A stretch of DNA of 64,000 bases from Candidatus Latescibacterota bacterium (GCA_965208835.1 OZ242358.1:2432001-2496000); one strand, 5' to 3'. Counted from the stretch's first letter, positions 49,121-59,594 are shown. Notes: generated by a model from the letters alone, not told the origin. A program made the numbers and translations.

Positions 49121-49280
49121 GGGGTTGCCTCCGTCGTTGAATCGGGTTTGCACTTGCTTTTGCAGTGGCACGGGAATATAATAACCCGCCGTATGCTTTG
49201 CCAGCGCTTCCGGCTCGTTCGTGACGAGGCCCAGCACCGGGATGGGTAGCGCCATTAGTCGGATTCCGAAGAATTGCCGG

Positions 49281-50915
49281 ATGCCTCGTCAGAGCGGTCT
49301 TCCTCATCCTCGTCGTTCGTCGCCCCCGCTATTGAAAGGACGTCCATTGAAAGGCATGGTTACCGCGCCACAGCCGCTGGCGGTGGATGCCGGGGTCAGG
49401 GTTCTGGCCGATGGCGGGAACGCCGTCGACGCGGCCGTGGCGGCGGCATTCGTCCAGATGGTGACAACGCCGCGCAGCTGTGGCGTCGGCGGCTTCGGGA
49501 TGATGTACATCCATACGCCTGAAACGGATACGATTCTGGATTTCCACGGCAAGGCGGGAGCACGGGTCCGACCTGAAATGTGGGAGCATGAAATCGTCCG
49601 GGAGAACACCACGGGATACGGATACACGCTTCAAGGGCAGGTCAACGAAGTCGGATACCGCTCGGTAACGACACCCGGTACGGTCGCGGGTCTCCACAAG
49701 GCCCAGACGGACTTCGGGACAATGCCGTGGCGGGAGGTGCTCCAGCCGGGCATCGCGGTCGCAACCCGCGGATACGAGGTGACCCGTGCGGCGGCGGCCG
49801 CCTGGAAGCGGATACCCGCTCCTGAAACCACTCCGTGGATAACGGTAGCTGCGCCGCCCCACGAGGGCGGGGGCGAGCTGATCGCCAACCCGGATATGGC
49901 CAGGACGTTTTCGGTGCTGGCCGAGGGCGGCGCCGAGGTATTCTATCGCGGGGATATTGCGGGGACGATAGCCGAAGATATGGAGCGGGGCGGGGGGTTT
50001 GTTACGCTGGAAGACCTGAACAGGTACGAGGTGACGGTAACCTCGCCGCTGGTCTCACAGTACAGGGAATTTGCGGTCGCATCCAACCAGCCTCCCGGCG
50101 GGGGATTGACGATTCTGCAGATGCTCAGGATCCTTGAGGGATACAACCTTTCGGATATGGCCCACCATTCGGCGGAATACGTGTATACCGTGTCGATGGC
50201 AATGAAGGCTGCATGGGCAGACCGGGCGAGTCTGATCGGAGACCCCGCATTTGTGGACGTGCCGGTGGAGGACCTCTTGTGCGATGAACGCGCAGCGTCC
50301 TGGCGCCGGCGCATCGATGCCAGGGACGAGATCACGATCCCGCGATGGCACCCCCAGGAGCCGCCCTGTACCACGCATATCTCCGTTGTGGACCCATGGC
50401 GCAACGTGGTGGGGCTCACCCACTCGCTGGGATCGGGATCGGATGTGATCACGCCTGGATTGGGTTTCATGTACAATAACTGCATGAACTGCTTCAATCC
50501 CGTGCCCGGGCAGGCGAATTCGATCGAACCGGGCAAGTCGAGAACGACGGGTATGGCGCCGACGCTGGTGAAAGCGGGTGACCAGCCCTTCTTCACCGTG
50601 GGTGCGCCCGGGGGTACGCGGATTGTAACAGGGATTCTGCACGCCATTCTGAACGTGATCGACCACGGAATGTCGGCCACCGAGGCGGTCGCCGCCCCCA
50701 GGTTCGATTGTCAGAGCGACGTGATCGTCGCCCACTCCAGAATCGCGCCTTCCGTCTGCGAGGGCGTCAGGGCGATGGGCCACGAAGTCCAGTCGCTGCT
50801 GGACGGCTACGGCGGGATTGCGTCGGTTCACGGCATCATTCTCGATCCGGATACGGGAACCCTCGACGGGGGAGCCGATCCGGGTTCCCCCGGAATGGCG
50901 ATGGCCGTAATCTGA
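49281..50915 (+). CDS. ggt: Gamma-glutamyltransferase-family Ntn hydrolase; start uncertain (49281 or 49356)
   Basis: GGNAVDAAVAAAF, TPGTVAG, FYRG.IA, TTHISVVD (Thr nucleophile), GAPGG.RI, GGADP. Confidence 0.9.
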   Translation: MPRQSGLPHPRRSSPPLLKGRPLKGMVTAPQPLAVDAGVRVLADGGNAVDAAVAAAFVQMVTTPRSCGVGGFGMMYIHTPETDTILDFHGKAGARVRPEMWEHEIVRENTTGYGYTLQGQVNEVGYRSVTTPGTVAGLHKAQTDFGTMPWREVLQPGIAVATRGYEVTRAAAAAWKRIPAPETTPWITVAAPPHEGGGELIANPDMARTFSVLAEGGAEVFYRGDIAGTIAEDMERGGGFVTLEDLNRYEVTVTSPLVSQYREFAVASNQPPGGGLTILQMLRILEGYNLSDMAHHSAEYVYTVSMAMKAAWADRASLIGDPAFVDVPVEDLLCDERAASWRRRIDARDEITIPRWHPQEPPCTTHISVVDPWRNVVGLTHSLGSGSDVITPGLGFMYNNCMNCFNPVPGQANSIEPGKSRTTGMAPTLVKAGDQPFFTVGAPGGTRIVTGILHAILNVIDHGMSATEAVAAPRFDCQSDVIVAHSRIAPSVCEGVRAMGHEVQSLLDGYGGIASVHGIILDPDTGTLDGGADPGSPGMAMAVI

Positions 50916-51039
50916 GGATTCGAAGGGACGGGTGTTGGCAGAATACCGACAATACCGGGCTCACTCACAGTCCGGTATAGGCAACCTCTGCATTTGCTCC
51001 CCATCTCCCGCGTCTCGTTCGCGTCCGATTACCTTGAAT

Positions 51040-51125
51040 AACCTTGAAATCGCGACGTCGAATCGCCAGTACTCATTTGCATCAATTCGATTCAACATGT
51101 CCGAAAGTTGACGAGTCAAGGTTAA
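51040..51125 (+). repeat. Highly decayed copy D of family-1 repeat
   Basis: AATCGCC...TTGCA..ATTCG...CGAAA...ACGAGTCAAGGTTAACC has the same order and spacing as the right part of copies A-C. Confidence 0.5.
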
Positions 51126-51197
51126 CCGTCCTCAATCACGCAGGTCAACCTGAAGTCTTCCGGCAAAACAACAGCCAAAACCCGGAAAGGAAAAAAG

Positions 51198-52397
51198 ATG
51201 TTCGATACGCTGGAGATGGCGCCCGCGGACCCGATTCTGGGATTGACCGCGGCATACAACGAAGACACCAGCCCCAATCGAATCAATCTCGGCGTGGGTG
51301 TCTACAAGGACGGCGAGGGCAACACGCCGGTTTTCAACTCTGTGAAGGAAGCGGAAGCCCGGATCCTGGACGGTCAGACCACGAAAGACTATCTGCCGAT
51401 TTCGGGCGGGCCTGAATATGCGGCGGCTGTACAGGCCCTGTTATTCGGCCCGGAACACGAAATTGCCACCGGAAAGAGGGCGGCGACGGTTCACGCGCCT
51501 GGGGGGACCGGCGGACTTCGCGTTGCGGGCGATTTCATACACAAGCTGTATCCGCAGGCGAGAATCTGGCTGAGCGATCCGACCTGGGCGAACCATCCAA
51601 ATATCTACAATCACGCCGGGGTGGCCGTTGAGACGTATCCTTATTTCAAGAAGGAGACGAACGATCTCGATTTCGACACAATGCGCGATGCACTGAAGTC
51701 CGTTCCCAAAGGAGATGTCGTCCTTTTGCACGGCTGTTGTCACAACCCCACAGGGATCGATCCCACGCCCGGGCAATGGGAGGAGATCGCAGACGTGGCC
51801 GGCGCGCGCGGCTGGATTCCTCTGGTGGACTTTGCCTATCATGGGCTCGGGGACGGCCTCGAACAGGACAGACGGGGATTGATGGCGTTCTGCCGATCGG
51901 ACATCGAGTTGATGGTGTCAAGTTCGTTTTCGAAAAATTTCGGCCTTTACAACGAGCGTGTCGGCGCGCTTACTCTCGTTGCATCCTCTCCCGAGGCGGC
52001 AAGCGTGTTGATGAGTCAGGTGATGATTTGTATCCGGGCGAACTATTCGAATCCGCCGGCCCACGGCGCGGCCATCGTGACGGAGGTACTCAACGACTCA
52101 GGACTTCGTCTGCAATGGGAGGGCGAAGTGGCTGAGATGAGGAACCGGATCAACCGCATGAGGGCTTTATTCGTGGATACCCTGGAGCGGAGGGGCGTGC
52201 GTCGTGATTTTTCCTTTATCGCCCGGCAGCGGGGGATGTTCTCCTTCTCGGGACTGGACAGCCGGCAGGTGGACACCCTGCGGGAGGAATACGCAATCTA
52301 TATGGTGGGTTCCGGGCGGATAAACGTCGCGGGCATCACCGAGGCGAACGTCGACTATCTCTGCGAATCGATCGCCGCCGTGCTTCGGCAATCGTAA
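51198..52397 (+). CDS. aspC: Aspartate/aromatic amino acid aminotransferase (AspC/TyrB type)
   Basis: DPILGL, INLGVGVYKD, GGTGGLR, HGCCHNPTG.D, SFSKNFGLYNERVG, GRINVAG. Confidence 0.9.
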   Translation: MFDTLEMAPADPILGLTAAYNEDTSPNRINLGVGVYKDGEGNTPVFNSVKEAEARILDGQTTKDYLPISGGPEYAAAVQALLFGPEHEIATGKRAATVHAPGGTGGLRVAGDFIHKLYPQARIWLSDPTWANHPNIYNHAGVAVETYPYFKKETNDLDFDTMRDALKSVPKGDVVLLHGCCHNPTGIDPTPGQWEEIADVAGARGWIPLVDFAYHGLGDGLEQDRRGLMAFCRSDIELMVSSSFSKNFGLYNERVGALTLVASSPEAASVLMSQVMICIRANYSNPPAHGAAIVTEVLNDSGLRLQWEGEVAEMRNRINRMRALFVDTLERRGVRRDFSFIARQRGMFSFSGLDSRQVDTLREEYAIYMVGSGRINVAGITEANVDYLCESIAAVLRQS

Positions 52398-52486
52398 TGC
52401 CCGCGAGGCGCATCACGCGGCGTGTCTGTTTCCACGTCGGATTCGACCGTGGCGAGACCACCGAAAAAAGCGTGAGTGAGTGAAAG

Positions 52487-53989
52487 ATGGACGATTCGCT
52501 GTACTGGGGAGATCTGCACACGCACTGTGCGATCAGCTATGGTTACGGCAGTCTCGAGAGGGCATTCAGGCTGGCGAACGAGCATCTGGATTTCTGTTCG
52601 GTGGTGGGACACGCGACGTGGCACGACATGCCGGTCGACCGGGCGCGTCACGGCTTCATTATCGACTATCATCGGGAGGGTTTCGACAGGCTGAGGCGAA
52701 ACTGGGCGCAGGTGCAGGAAACGGTTCGGCAAAATAACCGGCCGGGCCGGTTTGTTTCCTTTCTGGGATACGAGTGGCATTCCTGCGCTTTCGGCGACCA
52801 CAACGTCTACTATCTGGACGATGGCGGTGAAATCGTCGAGCGCGACAGCCTGGAGGAGCTGGACGAGGCGTTTGCAGGGCAGGATGTCATGATCCACCCG
52901 CACCATATCGGCTATGGTGCGGGATTCAGGGGAATAAACTGGTCGCATTTCAACGCGGGACGATCGCCGGCCATCGAGGTTTTTTCCGGGCACGGCGGGT
53001 CCGAACGGGACGGCGGCCCCTACCCGATGTACCATACCATGGGCCCCAGACAATACCGCGGTACCGTGGCGCACGGACTTGCGCTTGGTCACCGGTTCGG
53101 GTTCCTGGGAGGTACGGATCATCATGGGGGATATCCTGGGCACTATGGCGAGGGAAGAACCGGCGTGTATGCTCCGGAACTCACCCGGCAGGCGATCTGG
53201 GACGCGATTCGGGCGAGGCGATGTTATGCGGTAACCGGGGATCGCATCGGGTTGCGGTTTTCCGTCAACGAAGCGGAAATGGGCGAGGAAACCAGGGGCA
53301 CAGGCGTCCGCGAAGTCAGGGTGTCCGTCAGTGGAGCCGACGCGCTGGACCGGATAGAGGTCATCAAGAACAACCGTCCCCTGAAACGGGTCTTCGGGCC
53401 CCCGCCCGCGGCGGAACCGCCCGACCCGGTACGTGCGAAGGTCCGGGTTGAATGGGGATGGGGCGACAAGGAGGAGTGGGTGCGGTGGGACGCGGGTGTG
53501 CGTCTGTCGGATGGCCGGCTGCTGTCCGTGGAACCCTGTTTCACCGGCGATCCCGTTCTGGCGCCGTCGGCGGACGGAGCGATTCTGGCACCCGGCGAGG
53601 AGCCCGTTCACGGGATCGTGGCTCAGGAAGAACGCCGGGTGGCGTGGTTTTCCCACACCCGGGGAAACGAGCATCCATATCTGCGTGGCACGAACGCGCT
53701 GGTTCTGGAACTGGACGCCCCGCGCACTGCGGCGCTGGAATTCAATGTCAACGGTACGGCCTGTCGATACCTGCTGGCGGATCTCCTGGCGGGTTCCAGG
53801 AGCGTGTTTATCCGGGGATGGCGTTCCGAGGCGATGCTTGTGCACCGGGCGGTGCCCGAGGCACAGCTTCGGACGACGCTGGAATTCGAAGACGCCGGAC
53901 CGGAGCGTGAGACAGACTTCTATTACGTACGGGTGGCGCAGGAAAACAACCAGTGGGCATGGGCAAGCCCCATCTGGGTCTCGAGTTGA
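52487..53989 (+). CDS. DUF3604 / PHP-like metallohydrolase
   Basis: YWGDLHTH, LGYEWH, HPHH, GFLGGTDHH, FYYVRV.Q.N..WAWASPIW. Confidence 0.78.
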   Translation: MDDSLYWGDLHTHCAISYGYGSLERAFRLANEHLDFCSVVGHATWHDMPVDRARHGFIIDYHREGFDRLRRNWAQVQETVRQNNRPGRFVSFLGYEWHSCAFGDHNVYYLDDGGEIVERDSLEELDEAFAGQDVMIHPHHIGYGAGFRGINWSHFNAGRSPAIEVFSGHGGSERDGGPYPMYHTMGPRQYRGTVAHGLALGHRFGFLGGTDHHGGYPGHYGEGRTGVYAPELTRQAIWDAIRARRCYAVTGDRIGLRFSVNEAEMGEETRGTGVREVRVSVSGADALDRIEVIKNNRPLKRVFGPPPAAEPPDPVRAKVRVEWGWGDKEEWVRWDAGVRLSDGRLLSVEPCFTGDPVLAPSADGAILAPGEEPVHGIVAQEERRVAWFSHTRGNEHPYLRGTNALVLELDAPRTAALEFNVNGTACRYLLADLLAGSRSVFIRGWRSEAMLVHRAVPEAQLRTTLEFEDAGPERETDFYYVRVAQENNQWAWASPIWVSS

Positions 53990-54103
53990 TGCCATTGGCA
54001 GTCGAGAATCGGATGGGGGATCTCGGTGAGACGGGTCGATGCGGCCGGGTGCAATTCACTTTTCGTTCGGCTGCCGGTGTGTCGTTAGATATGGAGGGCC
54101 ATA

Positions 54104-54877
54104 ATGGTACTCAAAGACCGGGTGGCCATCGTGACGGGCGGGAGTTCGGGCATTGGCCGCGGCGTTGCCCTTGAATTCGCCAAAGAGGGCGCGACTGTTG
54201 TCGTAGCCGACGTCCGGGAGGCGCCGAAGCAGGGCATATATCACGAACAGGAGGTCCGGACACCCACCCTTGAGGAGGTGCAGAGCCTTGGCGGTGAAGG
54301 AACGTTTGTCCAGACCGATATGGGCGATGCCGCTGCCGTCGATGCGCTGGTGCAGCGAACTGTCGACGCGTACGGCGGCCTCGATATACTGGTGAATAAC
54401 GCCGGCATACACATTCCCGGTGACAGCCAGACGCTGTCGCTTGAGGCGTGGGACCGGGTGACGGGCGTCAACATCAGGGGCGTCTTCGTCGCGTCGAAAG
54501 CCGCGATCCCTCATCTGAAACGATCTCAGGCAGGGAGAATAATCAATATCGCATCCGTGCATTCTTTTGGCGGCGGCGGCGGGCCGGCCTATGCGCCGGC
54601 GAAAGCCGGTGTGGTCAACCTCACGCGGGATCTGGCGATGGAGGTGGCGCCGGACGGTGTTACGGTGAATGCAGTATGTCCCGGGTATATAGAAACCGCC
54701 ATTCAGGATTATCTGACCGAAGAACAGATCCGGGATGCGCTGGAGAGGACGCCGCTTCCCCGATTCGGTTTGCCCCGGGATATCGGTCGGGCATGTGTCT
54801 TCCTCGCGTCCTCGGATGCGGAATGGATCACGGGCGTTGCGTTGCCTGTGGATGGCGGCTGGCTGGCGCCCGTGTAG
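54104..54877 (+). CDS. Short-chain dehydrogenase/reductase
   Basis: TGGSSGIG, NNAG, YAPAK, VDGG. Confidence 0.92.
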   Translation: MVLKDRVAIVTGGSSGIGRGVALEFAKEGATVVVADVREAPKQGIYHEQEVRTPTLEEVQSLGGEGTFVQTDMGDAAAVDALVQRTVDAYGGLDILVNNAGIHIPGDSQTLSLEAWDRVTGVNIRGVFVASKAAIPHLKRSQAGRIINIASVHSFGGGGGPAYAPAKAGVVNLTRDLAMEVAPDGVTVNAVCPGYIETAIQDYLTEEQIRDALERTPLPRFGLPRDIGRACVFLASSDAEWITGVALPVDGGWLAPV

Positions 54878-54939
54878 GGAATCAGGGATGCTGTGCGCTG
54901 CGGATGCAACGCTTCCGCGCGGGACCGGTCTTTGGAGAG

Positions 54940-56007
54940 ATGATGGAAATTCGAGCCGTCCGAGAGGACGAAATCGAGAAGACGCTGGAGCTCCAGCGGA
55001 TGGTATTCCGGCCGGACGAGGGGGCGGGTGCGCTGGAACGGTACCGGACCTACGTGCGGGACGATCCGGGCTATCGGATGGATCAGTCGCGGGTTCTCCT
55101 GGCAGACAGGCGAATCGTGGCGCATCTGCGGGTATGGGACCGGGAGATCCGCGTGCGCGGTTCCGTGCTTCGCGCGGGAGGCATCGGCAGCGTGCTGACC
55201 CATCCCGATTATCGGGGCAGGGGATATGCGCGCGCACTGATGCGGGATACGGAAACGTACCTGCTGAACGCCGGTTACGACGTGGGGCTCCTGTTCACGA
55301 TCATCGGGACGCCGTTCTACCAGGCGCTGGGCTGGACGCCCATCCCGCTGCCGACGTTTGCAATCGATCTGGAGTCTGAGCCCGGCAACCGCCGGTCTAC
55401 CCACGCGCGTGCTCTGGACGTCGACCGGGACCTGGACGCCGTGATGGCGATATACGAGCAGTGTTCCGGTTCCCTGACGGGCCCCGAAGTCAGACCGAAA
55501 CAGTACTGGCGTGCCGGCCCCTCCCGAATACGGGGGGTTTTCCCCGGATGGGGCATCAAGGTGGACTCGGAACTTTGCGGCTATGCAACGTTCGACGCGT
55601 CCGAAGACCGGATCTGGGTGAAAGAAGGATGCGTCAAGCCATCGGGTGACGGCGTGTTTGTCGACCTTGCGCAGTTGATTTGCGAGCGCGCCCGCGGTGA
55701 CGGATTGAAGCGGATAGAGGGCAGTCTTCCCGCCGGACACGGACTGGCAAGTGCGCTCGAGGCGGTCTGTAATTCCACCGCAGCGTGGGGCAGCCACGAT
55801 GAAATGATGTTGAAGGGGATCAACTGGCGTACAATACGGGAAAAGTTGCACGGGGAACCGCGCGGTGGCGCACCGGAGGACGAGGGGACGTTCTGGCGCG
55901 CGTTGTACGGCCAGAAGGCGGCCGAAACGGATGCATCCGTCTCGGGCTGGATGGCATCTCTCCCGAAGTGCGAAGGCCCTTTTTACTGGTGGAGCGATAT
56001 CTTCTAG
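54940..56007 (+). CDS. GNAT acetyltransferase, Eis-like tandem GNAT
   Basis: GGIGSVLTHPDYRGRGYAR acetyl-CoA motif, FYQALGW. Start after GGAGAG RBS. Confidence 0.8.
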   Translation: MMEIRAVREDEIEKTLELQRMVFRPDEGAGALERYRTYVRDDPGYRMDQSRVLLADRRIVAHLRVWDREIRVRGSVLRAGGIGSVLTHPDYRGRGYARALMRDTETYLLNAGYDVGLLFTIIGTPFYQALGWTPIPLPTFAIDLESEPGNRRSTHARALDVDRDLDAVMAIYEQCSGSLTGPEVRPKQYWRAGPSRIRGVFPGWGIKVDSELCGYATFDASEDRIWVKEGCVKPSGDGVFVDLAQLICERARGDGLKRIEGSLPAGHGLASALEAVCNSTAAWGSHDEMMLKGINWRTIREKLHGEPRGGAPEDEGTFWRALYGQKAAETDASVSGWMASLPKCEGPFYWWSDIF

Positions 56008-56039
56008 AAACGCCGCCGGGCGGACGGAAGGTGCGCGTT

Positions 56040-57896
56040 TCAGGAGTTTGCCCCACTGATGCGTGACTCGGCCTCGCCGACCATGCCTTCGAGGATTCGC
56101 GCCGCCAGTCGGTCGATTTCCTTTTTCGTCTCCGCCAGACCGTGGCCGTGAAGGTGGGGATTGTCCACCGACGCCGCGGAGACGTAGTATTTGATTTTGG
56201 GTTCGGTTCCCGACGGTCGGGCGGTTACCCGGGAATGGCCGGCGGGGGTGAACGTGAAGGCGATGACGTCGCCCTTCAGGCCCTCGATCGTTCGGATGGA
56301 TCCCGTACTCGGGTTCAGCGCCTGCCCGTTCCTTCTGTCGATGATCTCCACGATGTCGCATCCGCCGATCTGTCGTGGCGGGTGGGAACGCAGGGATTCC
56401 ATGATGTGAACGGTATCCCGGCTGCCCTGTGCGCCGGTTCTGAGTACGGACCGCTGGATTTCACGAAAGTAACCGTATTTCTCATAAATATCGTCCAGGT
56501 AATCCCTCAATGTGCGGCCACGGGCTTTGAGGGTCGCGGCGCATTCGCACAGGAGGACGGCCGCAACCGCGGCGTCCTTGTCTCTCGTGAACGTCCCCGC
56601 CAGATAGCCGTGGCTTTCTTCGGCCCCGAACAGGAATTCGGCGGCCGGCGGAAGATCGGCGATCAGCCTGCCGATATGTTTGAATCCCACAAGCAGTTCG
56701 TCTACGACCGTTGCGCCGAAGGCGCGTGCGATGAGGGACGTCAGGTCGGTTGTGACGATCGTTTTTGCGACAATGGCGCCGTGGGGCAGTTCTCCTCGGC
56801 ATTTTTTTTGTTCAAGGATGTAGTGGCACAGAACAGCCGCGATCTGGTTGCCGTTGAGGGCAAGATCCTCGAGGGGGGCGTTCCACCCGGATCCTGAATC
56901 CGGAACGGCGCAACCGAGCCGGTCCGCATCCGGGTCGCTGGCGATGACCATATCGGCGCCGGACCCGGCGGCTTCCCGAACGGCCGCGGCCAGCGCGCGT
57001 GGATCTTCGGGGTTGGCGACCCCACCCGGAACCGTGGGAAAATCGCCGTCCGGTTTCGCCTGCGACGGGACAACGTGCAGGTCTTTATAGCCGAGGATTT
57101 CCAGCGCGGGCAATATCGACGTCAATCCAACGCCGTGCAGCGGGGAGTAGACCACCCGAATCCCGCGCTCGGGCCTCAGGGTGAGCCCGGCCAGGTGGCG
57201 ATGATAGAGGGTATCGACGGTGGAATCCAGGATTCCGACGAGACCCTGATCAACCGCGTGCTCGAAGTCGATCTTTTCGATCGCGGATACGGAGTTGACC
57301 TCGGCCATGATGCTTCTGTCGTGAGGGGGTACGACCTGGCCTCCGTCGGACCAGTATACCTTGATCCCGTTGTCGCCCGGCGGGTTGTGACTGGCGCTGA
57401 TCACAACGCCGGCCACCGCGTTGGTCGACCTGACCGCAAACGAGAGTTCGGGAGAGGACCGACAGCTTTCAAAAATACTGGCGCGGATACCGTTGCCCGC
57501 AAGAACGGCCGCTACCTCGTTGGCGAAGCGCTGTGAATTGTTCCGTGTGTCGTGCGCGATTACCACGCCGCGGCAGGGTGCGTCGTCGCCGGATTTCAGG
57601 ACGTACCGGGCAATGCCCTGTGCGGCTTCGCCGACGGTACGCAGGTTGATACGGTTCGGACCCGGGCCCATCGAGCCGCGAATGCCACCCGTGCCGAACT
57701 CGATTTTCACGCGAAACGCGTCTTCGAGTTCGTTCAGGTCTCCCGTACGGATCAGGCTTGTAATTTCGTCCATTGAAACGGCGAAACGGGGGTCGGTGAG
57801 CCAGAGCGCGATTTGCTCACCGGCGGTTTCGGACAGTTCCCCCGAAGCGACCCAGAACCGGATTTTTTCCAACAAGCCCATCGGCGTCTTGTTCAC
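56040..57896 (-). CDS. Phosphoglucomutase/phosphomannomutase
   Basis: FGTGGIRG, SASHNP, DPDADR, GAEESHGY, RPSGTEPKIKYY. Confidence 0.93.
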   Translation of the reverse strand: MNKTPMGLLEKIRFWVASGELSETAGEQIALWLTDPRFAVSMDEITSLIRTGDLNELEDAFRVKIEFGTGGIRGSMGPGPNRINLRTVGEAAQGIARYVLKSGDDAPCRGVVIAHDTRNNSQRFANEVAAVLAGNGIRASIFESCRSSPELSFAVRSTNAVAGVVISASHNPPGDNGIKVYWSDGGQVVPPHDRSIMAEVNSVSAIEKIDFEHAVDQGLVGILDSTVDTLYHRHLAGLTLRPERGIRVVYSPLHGVGLTSILPALEILGYKDLHVVPSQAKPDGDFPTVPGGVANPEDPRALAAAVREAAGSGADMVIASDPDADRLGCAVPDSGSGWNAPLEDLALNGNQIAAVLCHYILEQKKCRGELPHGAIVAKTIVTTDLTSLIARAFGATVVDELLVGFKHIGRLIADLPPAAEFLFGAEESHGYLAGTFTRDKDAAVAAVLLCECAATLKARGRTLRDYLDDIYEKYGYFREIQRSVLRTGAQGSRDTVHIMESLRSHPPRQIGGCDIVEIIDRRNGQALNPSTGSIRTIEGLKGDVIAFTFTPAGHSRVTARPSGTEPKIKYYVSAASVDNPHLHGHGLAETKKEIDRLAARILEGMVGEAESRISGANS

Positions 57897-58021
57897 AGTT
57901 CGGTTCCCGATGATTACGCGCCAATCCCGTTGAACACAGCAACTCGCATGCCTCGCGTGCGACAGCCGGCACCGCGCTTTTTAATATATCGGATCAGACG
58001 CCGCAATCAACATAAAACAGT

Positions 58022-58186
58022 TTGATTTTCGGAAGCCATTGCGCATATTTTCGACTTGACGTGGGTGTAGCGGTAGATGCAGTCGTGGTTACACCGGCGC
58101 AGATGGAACTTTACAAGGATAATCACGCGCTCGTGATGAAACCCGCATTCCGGGAGGGAAGGGTTGTATATGAGAATAGAAACTGA
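58022..58186 (+). pseudogene. 3' remnant of a minimal nucleotidyltransferase (MNT antitoxin-like) gene
   Basis: Translates as ...VGVAVDAVVVTPAQMELYKDNHALVMKPAFREGRVVYENRN*, typical of an MNT C-terminus. No GS/DxD N-terminal half is present. Confidence 0.5.
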
Positions 58187-58370
58187 TCGGGAAGAAGACG
58201 GCAGGTGGATTGCAGAAGTGCCTGATTTACCCGGTGTGATCGTTTACGGAGACAATAAAGAAGATGCCATTCTGAAAGTTAAGGCATTGGCATTGCGGGT
58301 TCTTGCCGATCGCATAGAACATGGCGAGGAAATACCGGAAATCCGTGATGTCTTCGCAGGATCGGTATGA
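58170..58370 (+). CDS. hicB: HicB-family antitoxin (short form)
   Basis: EEDGRWIAEVPDLPGV..YG....A, GEEIP. ATGA overlap with hicA. Confidence 0.82.
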   Translation: MRIETDREEDGRWIAEVPDLPGVIVYGDNKEDAILKVKALALRVLADRIEHGEEIPEIRDVFAGSV

Positions 58371-58582
58371 ATCGATGGCCTTCAACAAGAGCACGTCAGG
58401 TCTTGGCTGCCTTGTTGCGGATTGGTTGGACGATAAAGCGTCAGTCTGGTACTTCTCATCGCATACTGACGCGGCAGGGTTGGCCGAATTACGTATTCGC
58501 TTTCCATTTGCGGGAAGAAATAGGGCCTCGTATGTTGTCCCGTATTGCTAAGCGTACCGGATTGACTCCCGATGATCTATGA
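58367..58582 (+). CDS. hicA: HicA-family mRNA interferase toxin
   Basis: LAALLRIGW..KRQSG.SH, FH..EEIGP.ML.RIAK.TGL. AT-richer than the flanks. Confidence 0.85.
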   Translation: MNRWPSTRARQVLAALLRIGWTIKRQSGTSHRILTRQGWPNYVFAFHLREEIGPRMLSRIAKRTGLTPDDL

Positions 58583-58695
58583 GGTGGGATCGTTGGAGCA
58601 CAGCAATCCTTGCAGACACGACTTCAGTGAATCCGCTCGACGCTCAAGGGAAGGTAAGTGGCCGGAGTGAGGTGGCGGCATAAGGAGTTGGTCAT

Positions 58696-59385
58696 ATGAC
58701 GATGCTCTATCTCCTGCTGTTTTTGTGCGCCCTGATCGTCCTCCTTCCCGTGAGGCTGTGGGTGTGTGGCCGCAACGACGCGGGGCGGGGACCGACCCTG
58801 GATATCCGCTTGAGGCCGTGGATCGGTCTGGCGGGTATCCGGCTCTTCTACATTGACGACGGTTGGCGTGCAGGCCTGCTTCTCGGTTGGTGGACCGTGT
58901 TGGCGGTACCGTTGAGAAAGCGGGAGGTCCGGAAGAAGCAGCAGGGGCCGCGCGCGACAAAGAAGACGGAAGCGGACGTACCGGATGGGTTTTCGGCAAC
59001 GGTTGAACGGTTCGTACGGTCCGGACGGCGTTTGAGGAAGCTGTCATTGCCCCTGCGGCGGTCCGCGTTGCGACTTCTGAATGGCTTCCGGCTTCGCCGC
59101 ATAGAATGCAAGATACAGTTCGGCGCATCCGATCCGGCCACGACCGGCCGGATTTACGGATATTTCATGGCTGCCTCTTCTCTCGTGGGAGCCAGGGGAA
59201 GCGTCAACGTGACGCCCGATTTCAAGACACAGCGTCTGGACGGAGAAGCCCGGGTGGGAATCCGGGTTTATCCCCACAGGTTGATGCTGGCATCGGCTTA
59301 TTTCGGGTGGCGTGTTGCGCTTGCGTGGTATTCGGAACGACGCAGCCGTAGACACCCTGATGAGGGCATTGTCGGGGCTGTTTAG
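58696..59385 (+). CDS. DUF2953-domain (YtfI-like) membrane-anchored protein
   Basis: N-terminal TM, FG..DPA.TG..YG, .V.PDF. Lies upstream of a YtfJ/GerW gene. Confidence 0.72.
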   Translation: MTMLYLLLFLCALIVLLPVRLWVCGRNDAGRGPTLDIRLRPWIGLAGIRLFYIDDGWRAGLLLGWWTVLAVPLRKREVRKKQQGPRATKKTEADVPDGFSATVERFVRSGRRLRKLSLPLRRSALRLLNGFRLRRIECKIQFGASDPATTGRIYGYFMAASSLVGARGSVNVTPDFKTQRLDGEARVGIRVYPHRLMLASAYFGWRVALAWYSERRSRRHPDEGIVGAV

Positions 59386-59594
59386 AAGCTGTTTTAAAAT
59401 TACCGGTGAGTTCCCGAACGCGAGCGAAAAAGTGGCGGTTATGAGGCGCGAGGGGCGCGCAGCGCCGACGGGAAAATCCGCCTATGAGAGGCGAGCAGGC
59501 GCAGCCTCGATCTCGTAAGACGGGTGGATTTGACCAACGCAGACCGACGCTTTTGCAGCCGCGCGAAGACCGCCGAGAATTTTAAAACAGCTTC
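59385..59594. mobile_element. MITE family 3, intact copy
   Basis: Perfect TIR GAAGCTGTTTTAAAATT / AATTTTAAAACAGCTTC, flanked by a TTA direct repeat. Confidence 0.85.

Noticed and set aside
58579-58683. 34-codon ORF overlapping the hicA stop, as a possible third TA gene or RiPP precursor
   Set aside because: No recognisable motif and no Cys or core pattern, so there is insufficient support.
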